This document shows positions 28,852 to 43,571 of a stretch of DNA of 64,000 nt, in pieces (position 1 is the stretch's first letter; each line of letters begins with the position of its first letter). The notes under the pieces were generated by a model. The model saw only the letters and a program-made list of their open reading frames with translations, made no database searches and had not been told where the DNA came from. Source of the stretch: Eledone cirrhosa (taxonomy: Eukaryota). A program made the position numbers and the translations under genes. Location: assembly GCA_964016885.1 (NCBI GenBank), contig OZ024757.1, positions 1,116,001 to 1,180,000 on the forward strand, in the 5' to 3' direction.

Positions 28852-29422
28852 TGAGTATCCTGGTATTTCAGGCTTTTCCCTAAAAAAGGAATGTAGTTTT
28901 GTGTGTGATTATATTTTGTTGGTCTGTTGCGTGTGGGTCTGTAGCTTGTTGTTTCATGAGGGTGAATGTGATGGTGGGGGTGGTATGTGTTGTGGTTGTT
29001 GATGAGCAAGGGTTCTGTTGTTGGTTCATGTGGTCTGGGTGCGTTATTTCTGTGGTACAGAGTGTTGAGGCTGGGGGGTTGTCTTTTGTTGGATTGAGGG
29101 TGATGTCTGGTGTGGTTGTGGGTAAGTTCTGTTGTGATTTCAAGTGGTCTGGGTGGATTTCTTCTGAGGAATGTGGTGTGTGTGTTGTGAGTTGGATCTA
29201 TGTTATTTCGTCGTTGGTTTATGTAGGGGGCATTTCTACGGAAACCTGTGTTGTGGTGGTTGGGTGTGTTTCTTTTGGTGTAGTTGGCCGTATTTGGTTT
29301 GTGTTGGTGGGTATATATATATATATATAAGTATATATATATATATATATATATAAGTATATATATATATATATAAGTATATATATATATATATATATAT
29401 AAGTATATATATATATATATAA

Positions 29423-29513
<91 letters not shown>

Positions 29514-29564
29514 TATATATATATATAAGTATATATATATATATATATATAAGTATATATATAT

Positions 29565-29649
<85 letters not shown>

Positions 29650-29654
29650 TATAT

Positions 29655-31110
<1,456 letters not shown>

Positions 31111-31257
31111 TGTGGTATGAAGGTCAAAATAGGTCTAAAATCATTGAAAGATCTTTTCAAATTCCTGGTATGTTTACATGTCTACATATATATTATATGT
31201 ATGTATTTATATACATTAGTACAATGACGGTTACACACCCTGTATTTATACAGATAT

Positions 31258-31512
31258 CATCATCATCATCATTTAACGTCCACTTTTCCCTGCTTACAAG
31301 GGTGGGACAGGAACTGATTCTGGCTTGATTTCTACAGCTGGATGCCCTTCCTAACACCAACCTCATTTACAGTGAGTGCTGGGTGCTTTTTTTGCCGTGG
31401 CACCTCCACGACCACTTTAGTGAATGCTGGGTGCTTTTTTTACCGTGGCACCGCCACAACCACTTTGCAGTGGAATGATAGGGACCCCAGTCCCTATCAT
31501 CTCATTTCTACA
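31258..31512 (-). mobile_element. SINE with RTE-derived tail, 5' truncated
   Basis: Matches 55137-55350; ends GGACGTTAAATGATGATGATG. Confidence 0.85.
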
Positions 31513-31539
31513 GCAGAGTAATATATATATACATTATCT

Positions 31540-32900
31540 TATTCTTCACCCAGTTATTCCTGTGAGGGTCGTGGGGTCAGAGATCTCAAACACTCTTTCC
31601 AGCAGGTCCTGTCAGAAGCAATTAACTCCAACTGATCTGGCTGGATCCCCAAGCTAGACCAGCCAAGCTCATGGAGGTTATCAAACCATCTTGCTAGGGG
31701 TCTACCCTTGGGTACCTGCCAGTTGGTTTTGTCCATAAAATCTGTCCAACGATTCCTTCCTGAGACATTCTAACCACATGTCCTCCATAGTATCAGAGCT
31801 GTGATCTCTCAGTTCGGAGAAGTAACAGCCTTACCTGGAGTGACTCTCTCATCTCCGAGTTACACTCTATCGAATGACATTACTCCACGGTCCTATTTGG
31901 GGAATCCTATTTCAGCCTCTTGTATTTGTGATCGTATTCTTTTGGTCATTACCCAAGATTCATGACCACGGGTAAGGGTTGACACAAATACTGAACTGAA
32001 GTCAGCGAGTTTGGCTTTTACACCTACCTCCCTCCTGGCTGTTACACTTACCTCCCTCCTGGCTGTTACACCTACCTCCCTTCTGGCTGTTACACTTACC
32101 TCCCTTCTGGCTGTTACACTTACTTCCCTTCTGGCTTTTACACCTACCTCCCTCCTGGCTGTTACACTTACCTCCCTCCTGGCTGTTACACCTACCTCCC
32201 TTCTGGCTGTTACACTTACCTCCCTTCTGGCTGTTACACTTACTTCCCTTCTGGCTGTTACACCTACCTCCCTCCTGGCTGTTACACTTACCTCCCTCCT
32301 GGCTGTTACACTTACTTCCCTTCTGGCTGTTACACTTACTTCCCTTCTGGCTGTTACACCTACCTCCCTCCTGGCTGTTACACTTACCTCCCTCCTGGCT
32401 GTTACACCTACCTCCCTTCTGGCTGTTACATCTACCTCCCTCCTGGCTGTTACACTTACTTCCCTTCTGGCTGTTACACTTACCTCCCTCCTGGTTGTTA
32501 CATCTACCTACCTCCTGGCTGTTACACCTACCTACCTCCTGGCTGTTACACCTACCTCCCTCCTGGCTGTTACACCTACCTACCTCCTGGCCGTTACACT
32601 TACTTCCCTCCTGGCTGTTACACTTACTTCCCTTCTGGCTGTTACACCTACCTCCCTCCTGGCTGTTACACCTACCTACCTCCTGGCTGTTACACCTACC
32701 TACCTCCTGGCTGTTACACCTACCTCCCTTCTGGCTGTTACACCTACCTCCCTCCTGGCTGTTACACTTACCTCTCTTCTTCTGATAACCGACTGCTGAA
32801 GCTGGTGCACTACTGCACCAGTTCCTGCAATTCTTGCAATTAATTCAGTCTCCTGTCTTCCATCACTCGTGAACACGTCTCCATGATACTTAAACTTCTC
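31540..32900 (-). pseudogene. Rex3/Expander-like RTE 3' fragment containing a 24-bp minisatellite
   Basis: EKFKYHGDVFTSDGRQE..RIAGTGAV..QSVIRRR[EVSVTARR]n..TLTRGHESWVMTKR..KGRPLARWFD..CWKECLRSLTPRP. Confidence 0.85.
32010..32778. repeat. 24-bp minisatellite, ~32 copies (CTGGCTGTTACAC(C/T)TACCTCCCT(C/T))
   Basis: 8-aa periodicity; same unit inverted at 62205-62515. Confidence 0.97.
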
Positions 32901-33258
32901 CCCCTACATAAAATATTTTCAGTCCAGCCTTCTGTTGTTTTTAATAAATATTTAACTCTGTTCCTGCACCAGCCACAGGATTCAACGTCAATGATGAATG
33001 AGTTGCATGACGTAGAGTGCTTTTCTTACTATTACATCATGATTTACTATATATATATATAATGAAAGAGTGAAGAATATTATGGTTGGCTGTACAAAAA
33101 GGGTTTTATTTACAGTAATAACAATTGTTTCATAGATCAGGTGAGTCTAAAGGCCGCTGATCACTCGAAGTTGTGTCACTCGATGTTAAATACAGTGTTT
33201 ACCTCTGATCAAATCACAACCTCTAACTGGATTACCTAAAATGATAACTTGTTATCCC

Positions 33259-33294
<36 letters not shown>

Positions 33295-33295
<1 letters not shown>

Positions 33296-33545
33296 GGTGT
33301 CACGAGAAAAAAACACACAGTCCACGCTGTAATGTGGCCGTGTAGGTAACACGGTAAAAAGTTCCCAGTTCCACACTGTAAATGTGGTTGGTGTTAGGAA
33401 GGGCATCCAGCCGTAGAAAACCTGCCAGATAGTCCTATATGAGCGAGACACGGTCACCCGACCAACCTTGCCTCAAGTGGGACAACTCCCGTCTAACCCA
33501 TGCTAGCGTGGAAAGTGGACATTAAACGAGGATGATGATGATGAT
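33295..33545 (+). mobile_element. RTE 3'UTR fragment
   Basis: GTTAGGAAGGGCATCCAGC..CCGTCTAACCCATGCTAGCGTGGAAAGTGGACATTAAACGAGGATGATG; matches 37245-37520 and 55640-55870. Confidence 0.8.
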
Positions 33546-33980
33546 ATATATATATATATATACCATTGATGTTCTGTGGTCAGTCTGGGTTAGTAAACCA
33601 TGAAATAATAGTAAGAAAAGCACTATGAGGCTTTTAAAATGTTAATTTATTAAACATACCGTATATCTTTAGATGTACAAAATTCACACACACACACACA
33701 CAGTGGGTCTGCTAATATGCAGATCTGACTGATCAGCCAGTCTGCTAATATGCAAATCAGGCCGATCAGTCACTATCTATTTTAGAAAATATATATTTTC
33801 ACCAACTCTGACAGTTGGCAGGTAAACAGTAAAATGCACTGATGAAGTGTAATCACCCAAAAGCATTGATGTCTGCAGTTCTGTTTACATAATTGCAAAT
33901 GAATTGAATATTATTATTAATATTCGAAAAACTCAGATTACATTTATTGTATTCAGCCATGTAGAGTGATAAAGTATTTG

Positions 33981-34019
<39 letters not shown>

Positions 34020-34021
<2 letters not shown>

Positions 34022-34416
34022 AAAGTTCTATTTAAAATTGTTGGGCTACAACAAGTAAATATTTTTATAACTGATATAAAGCACTCAACAAGTATTTGGA
34101 GTAGATATACGATATTAATAAATGGAAACTATATTTATAAAACCATATTTATTTCATTATACATATTTCAGGGATACCAAATTAAATTATGGTATGCCTT
34201 CATCAGACAAAATACAATATATAACAGTTTTACAATCCGGATGGCTTCCAAAAACAATGGTTGCATTTTAAAAGGGTACGTCAAAGCTTATTTGTAAAAC
34301 TGTTACATATTGTATTTTGTCTGATGAAGGCATACCATAATTTAATTTGGTATCCCTGAAATATGTATAATGAAATAAATATGGTTTTATAAATATAGTT
34401 TCCATTTATTAATATC

Positions 34417-34420
<4 letters not shown>
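34020..34420. mobile_element. Family B fold-back insertion with two hammerheads (34150-34214 on -, 34313-34377 on +)
   Basis: Arms about 34105-34233 and 34292-34420 are inverted; tattttgt-CTGATGA-aggCatacca..tggtatCcct-GAAA-tatgta-TA-atgaaata; flanked by (TA)n. Confidence 0.88.
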
Positions 34421-34506
<86 letters not shown>

Positions 34507-35001
34507 ATATATATATATACACATATATATACACACACACATATATATATATACACACACACACATATATATATATGTATACACACACACACACACACAC
34601 ACATATGTATATACAAAATATATATACATTTTTAACACATGTTTTAACATTCTGTATGAAATATGCTTGATTTATTTATTATATAACTTTTACCCTTTTA
34701 CCTCCTGCATTCCTTTATTAATTTTTACATTATATACCCTTAACATTACCTGCTTTTCAATGCTATGGTATCTTTTATCTTCTCTAACACCTTCTTTTGC
34801 ACATGTATTACCTTAAATAATATCTTTATATATAATATGCTCAATATTTCACTTTTCACCATTGCTCCACATACTGTTGTAACATAACATCTTTTTGTAA
34901 CTCCTGCTTTTCAATATGATGTCACTGACACTGACAATAGTTACATATCTTTATCAATGTTCTGAAGACTAGGATTTTAATTACCTGTTTAAACATTGTG
35001 T

Positions 35002-35050
35002 ATGTCCTGATGATTCCAGACATTCGTCTGGAAGAAACAATTATCAGCAA
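35002..35050 (+). ncRNA. Hammerhead motif (canonical core, weak stems I and III)
   Basis: CTGATGA-ttccagac(attc)gtctggaa-GAAA-caatta-TC; perfect 8-bp stem II. Confidence 0.65.
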
Positions 35051-35224
35051 TTAAATGTATTAAACTAAGATTTGATTGTTTTATATTTTGTATCTCGGCT
35101 CTGTAATACATTTGATAATTTACATAGAGTCTTTTCTCATACTGGTAATTGGCTAGGGCTTAGTACTACCCTCCATATTTATAGTTATACATAAACCATA
35201 TATAAGTATAAATATTATTATTAT

Positions 35225-35287
<63 letters not shown>

Positions 35288-35360
35288 ATGAAATGACAGG
35301 AGGCTGGATTTGTGTAAATCCTTGAAAGGTTTATTATACTATGATCATTTCAAGATGTGT

Positions 35361-35923
<563 letters not shown>

Positions 35924-35967
35924 TATATATATACATATATATACATATATATACGTATATATATATA

Positions 35968-36345
35968 TAATATAAAACGAAAAATCAGTGATGCATCTAG
36001 ACTCAGTTTATTGTGTGTTACAATTGTTTCGCCGGCAGACAGCTCGAGACACGATCATTGTGTGGATCTGTCTGATTCCGGATCTGCAGGTTCGTCGGAG
36101 ACTACTAGTAACTTCCCATCAAATTTTCTCACTGAGGTGTTAGCGTAAAAAAACATCCTCTTTGCTCGTCCTGCTATTGGCTGTTGTTTTTCTCCGTCAT
36201 CATAAATTTTGACCAACAGGTACAGTCAAACTGACCATCAGCTGTCCTTTTTCCTGCCACATTTCAATGAATCCCTGCTGGGTAGGTAGTTCACACCTCC
36301 ACGCACGCACTCACACACACATATATATATATATATACACACACT

Positions 36346-36377
<32 letters not shown>

Positions 36378-36603
36378 CATATAAATAACAACATCCGTAC
36401 ACATATACTCCTGCTATACATAAGAGCCCAAAGAGAACCCATAAAACTCGAGCTGTCTGCCGGCGAAACAATTGTAACACACAATAAATTAAGTCCAGAT
36501 GTATCACTGACTTTTCGTTTTATATTATATCACACTCTGCTCTGTAAGAACATAGAGTGCTCAACCGGCATACCGCCTATGGAAGCTTCTTAGCTACCAT
36601 CAG

Positions 36604-36605
<2 letters not shown>
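35968..36605. mobile_element. Family D insertion with inverted arms and long-stem-II HHR (36015-36102, -; U4C)
   Basis: 35968-36048 is inverted relative to 36447-36530; CCGACGA-acctgcaga..tctgccggc-GAAA-caattg-TA-acac; tail ends in (CA)n. Confidence 0.7.
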
Positions 36606-36661
<56 letters not shown>

Positions 36662-36664
36662 CAA

Positions 36665-36895
36665 AATAATATATACTTTATTATATATATTTCAAAGGTA
36701 CTGTGTTGTTTTTTCAGTACGTCCTCATCAGACAAAATATATGATTTGATATATGACATACCGTTACGGTCTTGATTGTTCAATTCCAGTATTGGCGGTA
36801 TGTCATATATCAAATCATATATTTTGTCTGATGAGGACGTACTGAAAAAAACAACACAGTACCTCTGAAATATATATAATAAAGTATGTTTTGAT
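36665..36895. mobile_element. Family B-variant fold-back with two hammerheads (36674-36739 on -, 36820-36886 on +)
   Basis: tattttgt-CTGATGA-ggaCgtactg..cagtacCtct-GAAA-tatata-TA-ataaagta; ~90-bp arms. Confidence 0.88.
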
Positions 36896-37123
36896 TATGA
36901 GAATATTTTTCATTTGTTAATATTTTGAATAATATCAAAAACTCTAGGAAAACTTTTTTAACGGTTGAGTGCTTCTAATCTATTGTAAAATTGTTTTCAT
37001 TGAGTATTCAACGAACCATACTAATCTTTGGTTTACCACGAACCAAAGTATCGTCTTCCTGTCTTCCTCCGGTTGCAACGTTTTTTGAAATATCCAGTTC
37101 TGCGTTTACAGATTGACTTTGTT

Positions 37124-37174
37124 AGTTTCAGAAGATCCCGTTAAGGGTGAAAGCAGCGATTCTTTGCTTAAACT
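37124..37174 (+). ncRNA. Family C hammerhead-like motif with CAGAAGA (U4A) core
   Basis: agttt-CAGAAGA-tcccgttaagggt-GAAA-gcagcgattctttgc-TT-aaact; same family as 48677-48805. Confidence 0.55.
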
Positions 37175-37189
37175 TTAATCTGTTATTTT

Positions 37190-37244
<55 letters not shown>

Positions 37245-37247
<3 letters not shown>

Positions 37248-39942
37248 TCATCATCATCACCGTTTTACGTCCATTCTTCCACACTAGCATAGGTTAGACG
37301 GGTTGTCCTGTTGTGGGCAGTGTCTGGTCGGCTGACCTTGCCTTGCTCATACGGGAACTGATTCTGGCATGATTTCTACAGCTGGATGCCCTTCCTAACA
37401 CCAACCTCATTTACAGTGTGGGCTGGGTGCTTTTCTCCATGGCGCCTACACATCCACTTTACAGTGTGGGCTGGGTGCTTTTTTGCCATGGCACCTCCAC
37501 GACCACTTTGCAGTGGGAGGGTGTGGGGGCATATTGTCTATATGCTTCAGCTTCGGCTTGTGGGGGGTCGGGTCTTCTGTATTACTGCGTGACACCAGAG
37601 GTCATGGTCCTGTGTCATCGCCTTTGAGAGGTGTAATTGGGTAAGGTCGGCTTTTATCACCTCATCCCAGGTCTTCTTGGGTCTCCCCACTCCGCGGTTT
37701 CTATCGACTTCTAGTGCTCTGCACCTTTTTATGCAGCTGTCATCCTTCATGTGCACCACATGTCCATACCAACATAACCTCCCCTCCTGCACACAGCATT
37801 TGATTCCTCTTATGCTCAGTCTCTCTCTCAATTCGTTTATGCTTTGCCGTTCGCGTATATTACTATTACACATCCATCAGAGCATGCAGGCTTCGTTTCT
37901 TTCTAATCTACGCAAGTCTTCCTCAGACGGCGTCTAGGTCTCACTACCATGTAACATTGCTGTTCATATACACGCATCATACAGTCTGCTTTTCATTTTG
38001 AGGGAAAAGCCTTTTGCAACTAGCAGTGGCAGTAGCTCCCTGAATTTCTTCCATCCCGTTCTTATCCTAGTTATTGTACTTTCCGAACACCCACTTCCGC
38101 TGCTAATTCAGTCACCTAGGTAGCAGAAGCTGTCTACTGTTTCTACAGAGCCCTCCCAGAGATTGGTGGTACTTGTTTCCTGTGGCTGTTTGCTGCTTGC
38201 TGTCCCAGCGCAGCTGCTACATGTGAAGCCTACATTCTTAGTTAAGCTTCCTGAGATCCCATTACATCTCTTGTGTACCCATCGTTTGCATTTGAGGCAG
38301 AGAATGGAGTTCCTATCTACACCTTTCCTACATACTGAGCAAGGCCATTTCCCTGAGGGGATCTGAGTTCTGTTTTCACGTCTACTTACAAGGACCTTAG
38401 TCTTTGTCAGGTTAACTTTGAGGCCCTTTCTTTCTAGTCCCTGCTTCCAAGTTTGGAATTTCTTCTCTAATTCTACCATAGATTCAGCTATAAGTGCGAG
38501 GTCATCTGCATACAGGAGTTCCAATGGGCATCCGGTCTTAAACTCCTCCGTTATTGCCTGCAGAACTATGATGAACAGGAGAGGGCTAAGAATAGAGCCC
38601 TGGTGGACACCGACCTGTATGCTAAATTCCTCGCTATAGTCATTGCTAATCCTAACTTTGCTGACTGCTCCCCTATACATGGCTTGTACAGCTTTCACAA
38701 GCCATTCATCTACTTCTAGTTTTCTAAGAGCCCACCAGATTATAGCACGGGGAACTCTGTCAAAGGCTTTCTCGAGATCGACGAATGCCGGGTAGAGCGG
38801 GTTATTTTAGCTAGGTACTTTTCCTGTAACTGCGTCACAAGGTAGAGGGCATCAGTAGTGCCTCTTCTTGGCACAAACCCAAATTGCATCTCATCTAGTT
38901 TCACCTGGTCCCTAATCAACTGTGCTATAACTCTTTCTGTTACTTTTATGACCTGGTCCATCAGCTTCATACCTCTATAGTTTCCTCTATCTAGTGCATC
39001 ATCTTTACCTTTGTAGCAGTTGACAATGATGCTGCTGCACCAATCGTTTGGTATGACACCCTTTAGTATTACCTGGTTAACAATACGTGTGGTTATGGTG
39101 TGACCTACCGACCCAGATGCCTGCAGCATCTCGACAGCTATACCTAAGCAACAGGTTGCCTTCCCCTTCTTCATATCTTTGATTGCCTTACTACACTGCT
39201 GCTGACTTGTACTGCTAGCCCCTCTATAGGGTTCACTTTGGGTAGGGTATCTTTTTCCCACGCATTCTGCTCATTTAGTAATCTTCATACTGGCTCTTCC
39301 ACGCATCTTTCTTCTCAGCTCTTGTGAGTGCAAGCTCACGTTTATCATTCTGGATACACTTCTCTCCAATGACATCACAATTCTCTCTGGAACACCTCCT
39401 GTTTCTGGTCCTCACGTTGCAAAAGATGCTTGAATTTTCTATCCTCTGCTTCCCTCCTAGCTAAGTATACTTGTCGCCTAGCTTCCCTCGTGGTCTCTAT
39501 GTAATGTACCCTGCTTACCCCATTCCTCCATTCTTTCCATGCCTGTCTCTTGGTCTTAACTGCCTCATCTACCTTATTGTTCCACCACCAAGTCACTCTC
39601 CTCCTGCCTGTGGTCTTACTCCAACCACAGATCTCATCCGTCGCCTTTAGTAAGTTATTTTTTAGGAACTCCCAGTGTTCTTCTACATTGAATGTCTCTA
39701 TTTGTTCTTCTTTACTGTCATAGGCATTGAGTAAAATATCTTTAAATCTGTTACTGGCTGAGGGGGTCTTTCAGCTTCCAGATCTTTCTTCAGGTTGGCT
39801 TCTGTTTCCAGGTTCATCTAGTTCTGACTGTGAGGTCGCTGACAACTAAGCTATGTTGGGAGGTACATTCCTCACTAGGGAAGGCTTTTGTGTTTATGAC
39901 CGTCCATCAGTCACGTCCTCTGATCAGGATAAAATCTATCTA
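37245..39942 (-). pseudogene. RTE LINE copy 1 (5' truncated in APE; RT, Cys-rich insert, C-terminus, 3'UTR), frameshifted
   Basis: IDFILIR..TKAFPSEEC..HSLVVSDL; WWWN; YKGK.DALDRGNYRG; QFGFVP; GVHQGSILSPLLF; LLYADDL; CxxC..CxxC..WVHKRC; FCYLGD; (GAT)n tail. Confidence 0.92.
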
Positions 39943-42065
39943 AGTATAGTGGCTTATTCTTCTCTAAGAACCTCTCTTGTAATTGTCTCACCAAGAAGAG
40001 GGCATCTGTTGTACTTTTCCCAGGCACAAAACCAAACTGGATGTCATCTAGTTTGACCCTTTCTCTAATTAGTTGTGCTAATATTCTTTCTGCCACTTTC
40101 ATAACCTGATCCATCAGTTTTAAACTCCTATAATTGCTCCTCTCCAGAGCATCCCCTTTACATTTGTAGCAATTTATGAGAATACTGCTGCACAAATCTT
40201 TGGGTATGACACCACCATATATAGCCTGATTGATGATGCGTGCAACCAGTTTAGTGCTTACGTCTCCTGATGCCTTCAGCATCTCAGCAACTATTCCCGA
40301 CGGTCCAGCAGCCTTACCATTTTTCATTTCCTTAATCGCCTCTTGGACCCTATATTCGTCAATCTCAATAGCTGGTCCCTCTGTCGGATCTATTGAGGGT
40401 AATTTCTCTCTCTCCGATTCGTTCTCCACATTTATCAGTCTCTCATAATAACATTTCCAGGCCTCCTTTTTCTGATCATTCGTGACACTAAGTACACCGG
40501 CATTATTCCGGACACATTTATTTCCAGCAACATCCTGATTTGCACTGACACACTGCCTTGCAATGCGGAACACCACACGTCTCTGATCTTCCCGTCACAG
40601 AACATTGGCAAACCTCCTACTCTCAGCCTCCTTGCGTGCTAAGTACACCTGACGTCTAGCTTCTCTCTTAGCGGCTGTATATCCTTCTCTACTCCCACCC
40701 TTTTTCCAAGCATTCCATGCTAGTCTTTTGTCTCTAATGGCCCTATCTACCGTGCTGTTCCACCACCAGGTCACTCTCTGTCTGGTTGGAGCTCCGCTCC
40801 AGCCACAAGTTTCATCAGTAGCCTGCAGTAAGTTGTCACGTAAGAAATTCCAGTTATTATCTATGTCATACGACTCTTAATCGTCTTCTTTTTCATCATA
40901 CACATCTTGAAGGGCTTTCCTAAATTTGTATTTTAGTGAAAGGTCTTTTAGCTTCCAGACCTTTCTTCTCCACACCTTCCTGTATGTCTCATTCCATCTC
41001 TTGCTTACTGAGATGTCACAAACGACTAACCTATGCCGTGGGGTACATTCTTCCCCAGGGTATGCCTTGGTATTTGACACCATCTGCCTGTCCCACTGCC
41101 TAACTAGCAAGAAGTCAATCTGGCTTATGTGCTCGCCTGATTTGTAGGTTATTAGATGGTTGGCAGGTTTCTGGAAGTTAGTGTTGCAAATGGTTAGCGC
41201 ATTTGCATCACAAGATTCAAGAAGCCTCACTCCTTCTTCATTTCTTGAGCCGTAACAATGCCCACCATGTACTCGAGTGTATCCATTCTGCAGCTGTCCA
41301 ACATGTCCATTGAAGTCCCCTGCTAGCATAACGATGTCTCCGTCCTCTGTCATTGAGGCTGTGAAAAGTTGCTCGTAAAAGCAGTCTTTCTCTTCTTTAC
41401 TTAGGCCTGCTTGGGGAGCATAAGCAGAGATGATTGTCAGCAGTCTCTTGCCTACAACTAATCTAAGCTTAATTATTCTATTATTAACTTGAACTACCTC
41501 TATTGTCTCATTGATCCATCTCTCAGCTAGGAAAATCCCCCTAACCCATCATTCTTACCTACCCAGAAAAGCTTATAGCTAAGACATTTGCCTACGACTC
41601 GTCTTGCAGAGGCACCTCTCCATCTCACCTCTTGCACGCAGCACACATCCACATGCCTTCTCTCCAGCATCTCCGCTATTTCAGCAGATCTACCTCTGAG
41701 AGTGCCAACATTAAGTGTTGCAACTCTGAGATGCGACGTCTTTATATTTTTGTTGTTCCTTTTCCTGTTGTGCGATTGCTTGAAGACGGTCGTGGGGTTC
41801 TCGCACATGGTCGCACCAGCCACCCCATTACCGTGTGCAGCCCTAACATGGTTAGTGTTATTGCTGTTGACGCAGTTGTTGCAATTCTCATTTGTTGTGT
41901 TCATAGTGTTTGGCAGTAGTATATATACTGGTTGGATGCCCTTCCTAACACAGGAGCCACTTTACAGCATGGACTGGGAGCTTTTATTTGTGCCACCAGG
42001 ACTAGAGAGGATGTCTTACTGGACTTATGGGCCCTCTCTACCCCTCCATTTTACAGCATGGTCAT
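39943..42065 (-). pseudogene. RTE LINE copy 2 (5'UTR, APE endonuclease, N-terminal RT; 3' truncated)
   Basis: RVATLNVGTL..DVCCVQEVRW; GDFNGHVG; IDFLL; HRLVVCD; KNGKAAGPSGI; NYRSLKL; QFGFVPGKSTTDA. Confidence 0.92.
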
Positions 42066-42104
42066 AACAATAATAACAATAATAATACACTATTAATAAT
42101 TATT

Positions 42105-42385
42105 AATTAATGCAATCGTGCAATGCCTGTGCATGAAGAATATTTTTAAAGTGAGGAAAGACTGTGCACTGAGCCAATCCCACTCCCTGAGAGACAGTAG
42201 CTATAACCCGAAAAGAAGAAAAGATCAACATCATCGGTAACTACTGAGCCGCAGGTTTTATATCGGAGTTATCCCAGTTTCCTGAGTTGCCTTCTCCTAG
42301 AAGAATACAAGGGCTAGGGGTTCTTCACTCCCAGTGGTTTAACTGCGTGATCGGGTGTCCAGCCCGATTATTTCTATGTCCCCAT
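42105..42385 (-). mobile_element. Second copy of the non-autonomous RTE-related element
   Basis: Reverse complement of 21457-21740. Confidence 0.7.
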
Positions 42386-42446
42386 AAAGAAAAAAATAGT
42401 AATAATAATCACTTATTGACACTCATACGTACGACACACACACACA

Positions 42447-42550
<104 letters not shown>

Positions 42551-42739
42551 CACACACTCACACACCAACACTCATGCATACAAACACACACACGCCACTC
42601 ACTTACAGACACACAGACACACAGACACACATTACCGTCAACAATACTTATACAAGATCATGTCAACTGTTGACTTTCGAAAGAGTTCGTATAGTTGAAG
42701 CCATTCGTGTTTCTGTTCAGTATTATTATAATTGCTTTA

Positions 42740-42885
42740 CAGCATAGAGCTATGGCCCTCCACGCTCCGGGTTCAAATCCCACCGAGGTCAACCCTGTCC
42801 GTCATCCTCACTGAGTCGACAAAATAAGGCACCAGCAATGCACTGGGACAATCGCTGGCCCCATACCAACAGCAGAAAAATTATT
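42740..42885 (+). mobile_element. Diverged tRNA-derived SINE (type 2)
   Basis: B-box GGGTTCAAATCCC followed by CCGAGGTCAAC..CATCCT..GTCGACAAAATAA; homologous to 45535-45700. Confidence 0.65.
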
Positions 42886-43429
42886 ATTATTATAGTTGTT
42901 GTTTTCTTAAGGCCCGATTGGTGGTGATGGTGATGGTGGTGGTGGTGGTGGTGGTGGTTGTGATGGTGGATGATGGTGGTGATGGTGGTGGTGGTTGTGA
43001 TAGTGGTGGCAGTTGATGTTGTTTGCTGTTCCTCTTGATGTTGGTGTTCATTTCATTCATAAACAGGTCAGTGACCTTGTAAATGTGGTGGGAGAGAGAG
43101 TGTAGACGTTATTGTGGTGAAGGGGAGCAGTGTGATGTATCTAGTTCATAGTTCATTTGTCCGTTTACCGCTCTTTCAAAATTTGAATTTTTAGCCATTT
43201 TGCATTGAGAGGCAAGTAAACGTAAAATGTAAATAAAGATTGCTCTGGGAAAATATATGAAAATATTTGTGTAACTTCCACAACTCCTGTCAGGATATTT
43301 CCCCGAGTCTAGTGAGCTAAAATTTGTGTTGTATTTTGATGTTTCAGATGGACATCAATACGAGAAGCGATAGTTAAACTTGAGCGGGTGGTTGGTCCAC
43401 TCTTTCTCAAGCCTTGAACTAAAATATTC

Positions 43430-43555
43430 ACCAACAACACAAACGAAGCCGGGTGAGTTGCATTACGTCGAGTGCTCTCCCTAATATTACATCGAGGTTG
43501 ACCATATGGAATGACCAGTTCTATTTATTGGTGAACCAACAAACCTAAATGAATG
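43430..43555 (+). repeat. Family E repeat copy
   Basis: Near-identical to 12457-12580. Confidence 0.75.
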
Positions 43556-43571
43556 TATATATCTGTATATA

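Larger units (their letters stand above)
25210..29310 (-). mobile_element. Penelope-like retroelement (Neptune-like, Cys linker), flanked by (TA)n on both sides
   Basis: Open RT + GIY-YIG ORF, long 3' region containing an HHR, both ends in (TA)n. Confidence 0.9.

Noticed and set aside
33110-33230. Hammerhead on the minus strand (GAAA-caattg-TT)
   Set aside because: No recognisable CUGANGA box; at most a decayed relic.
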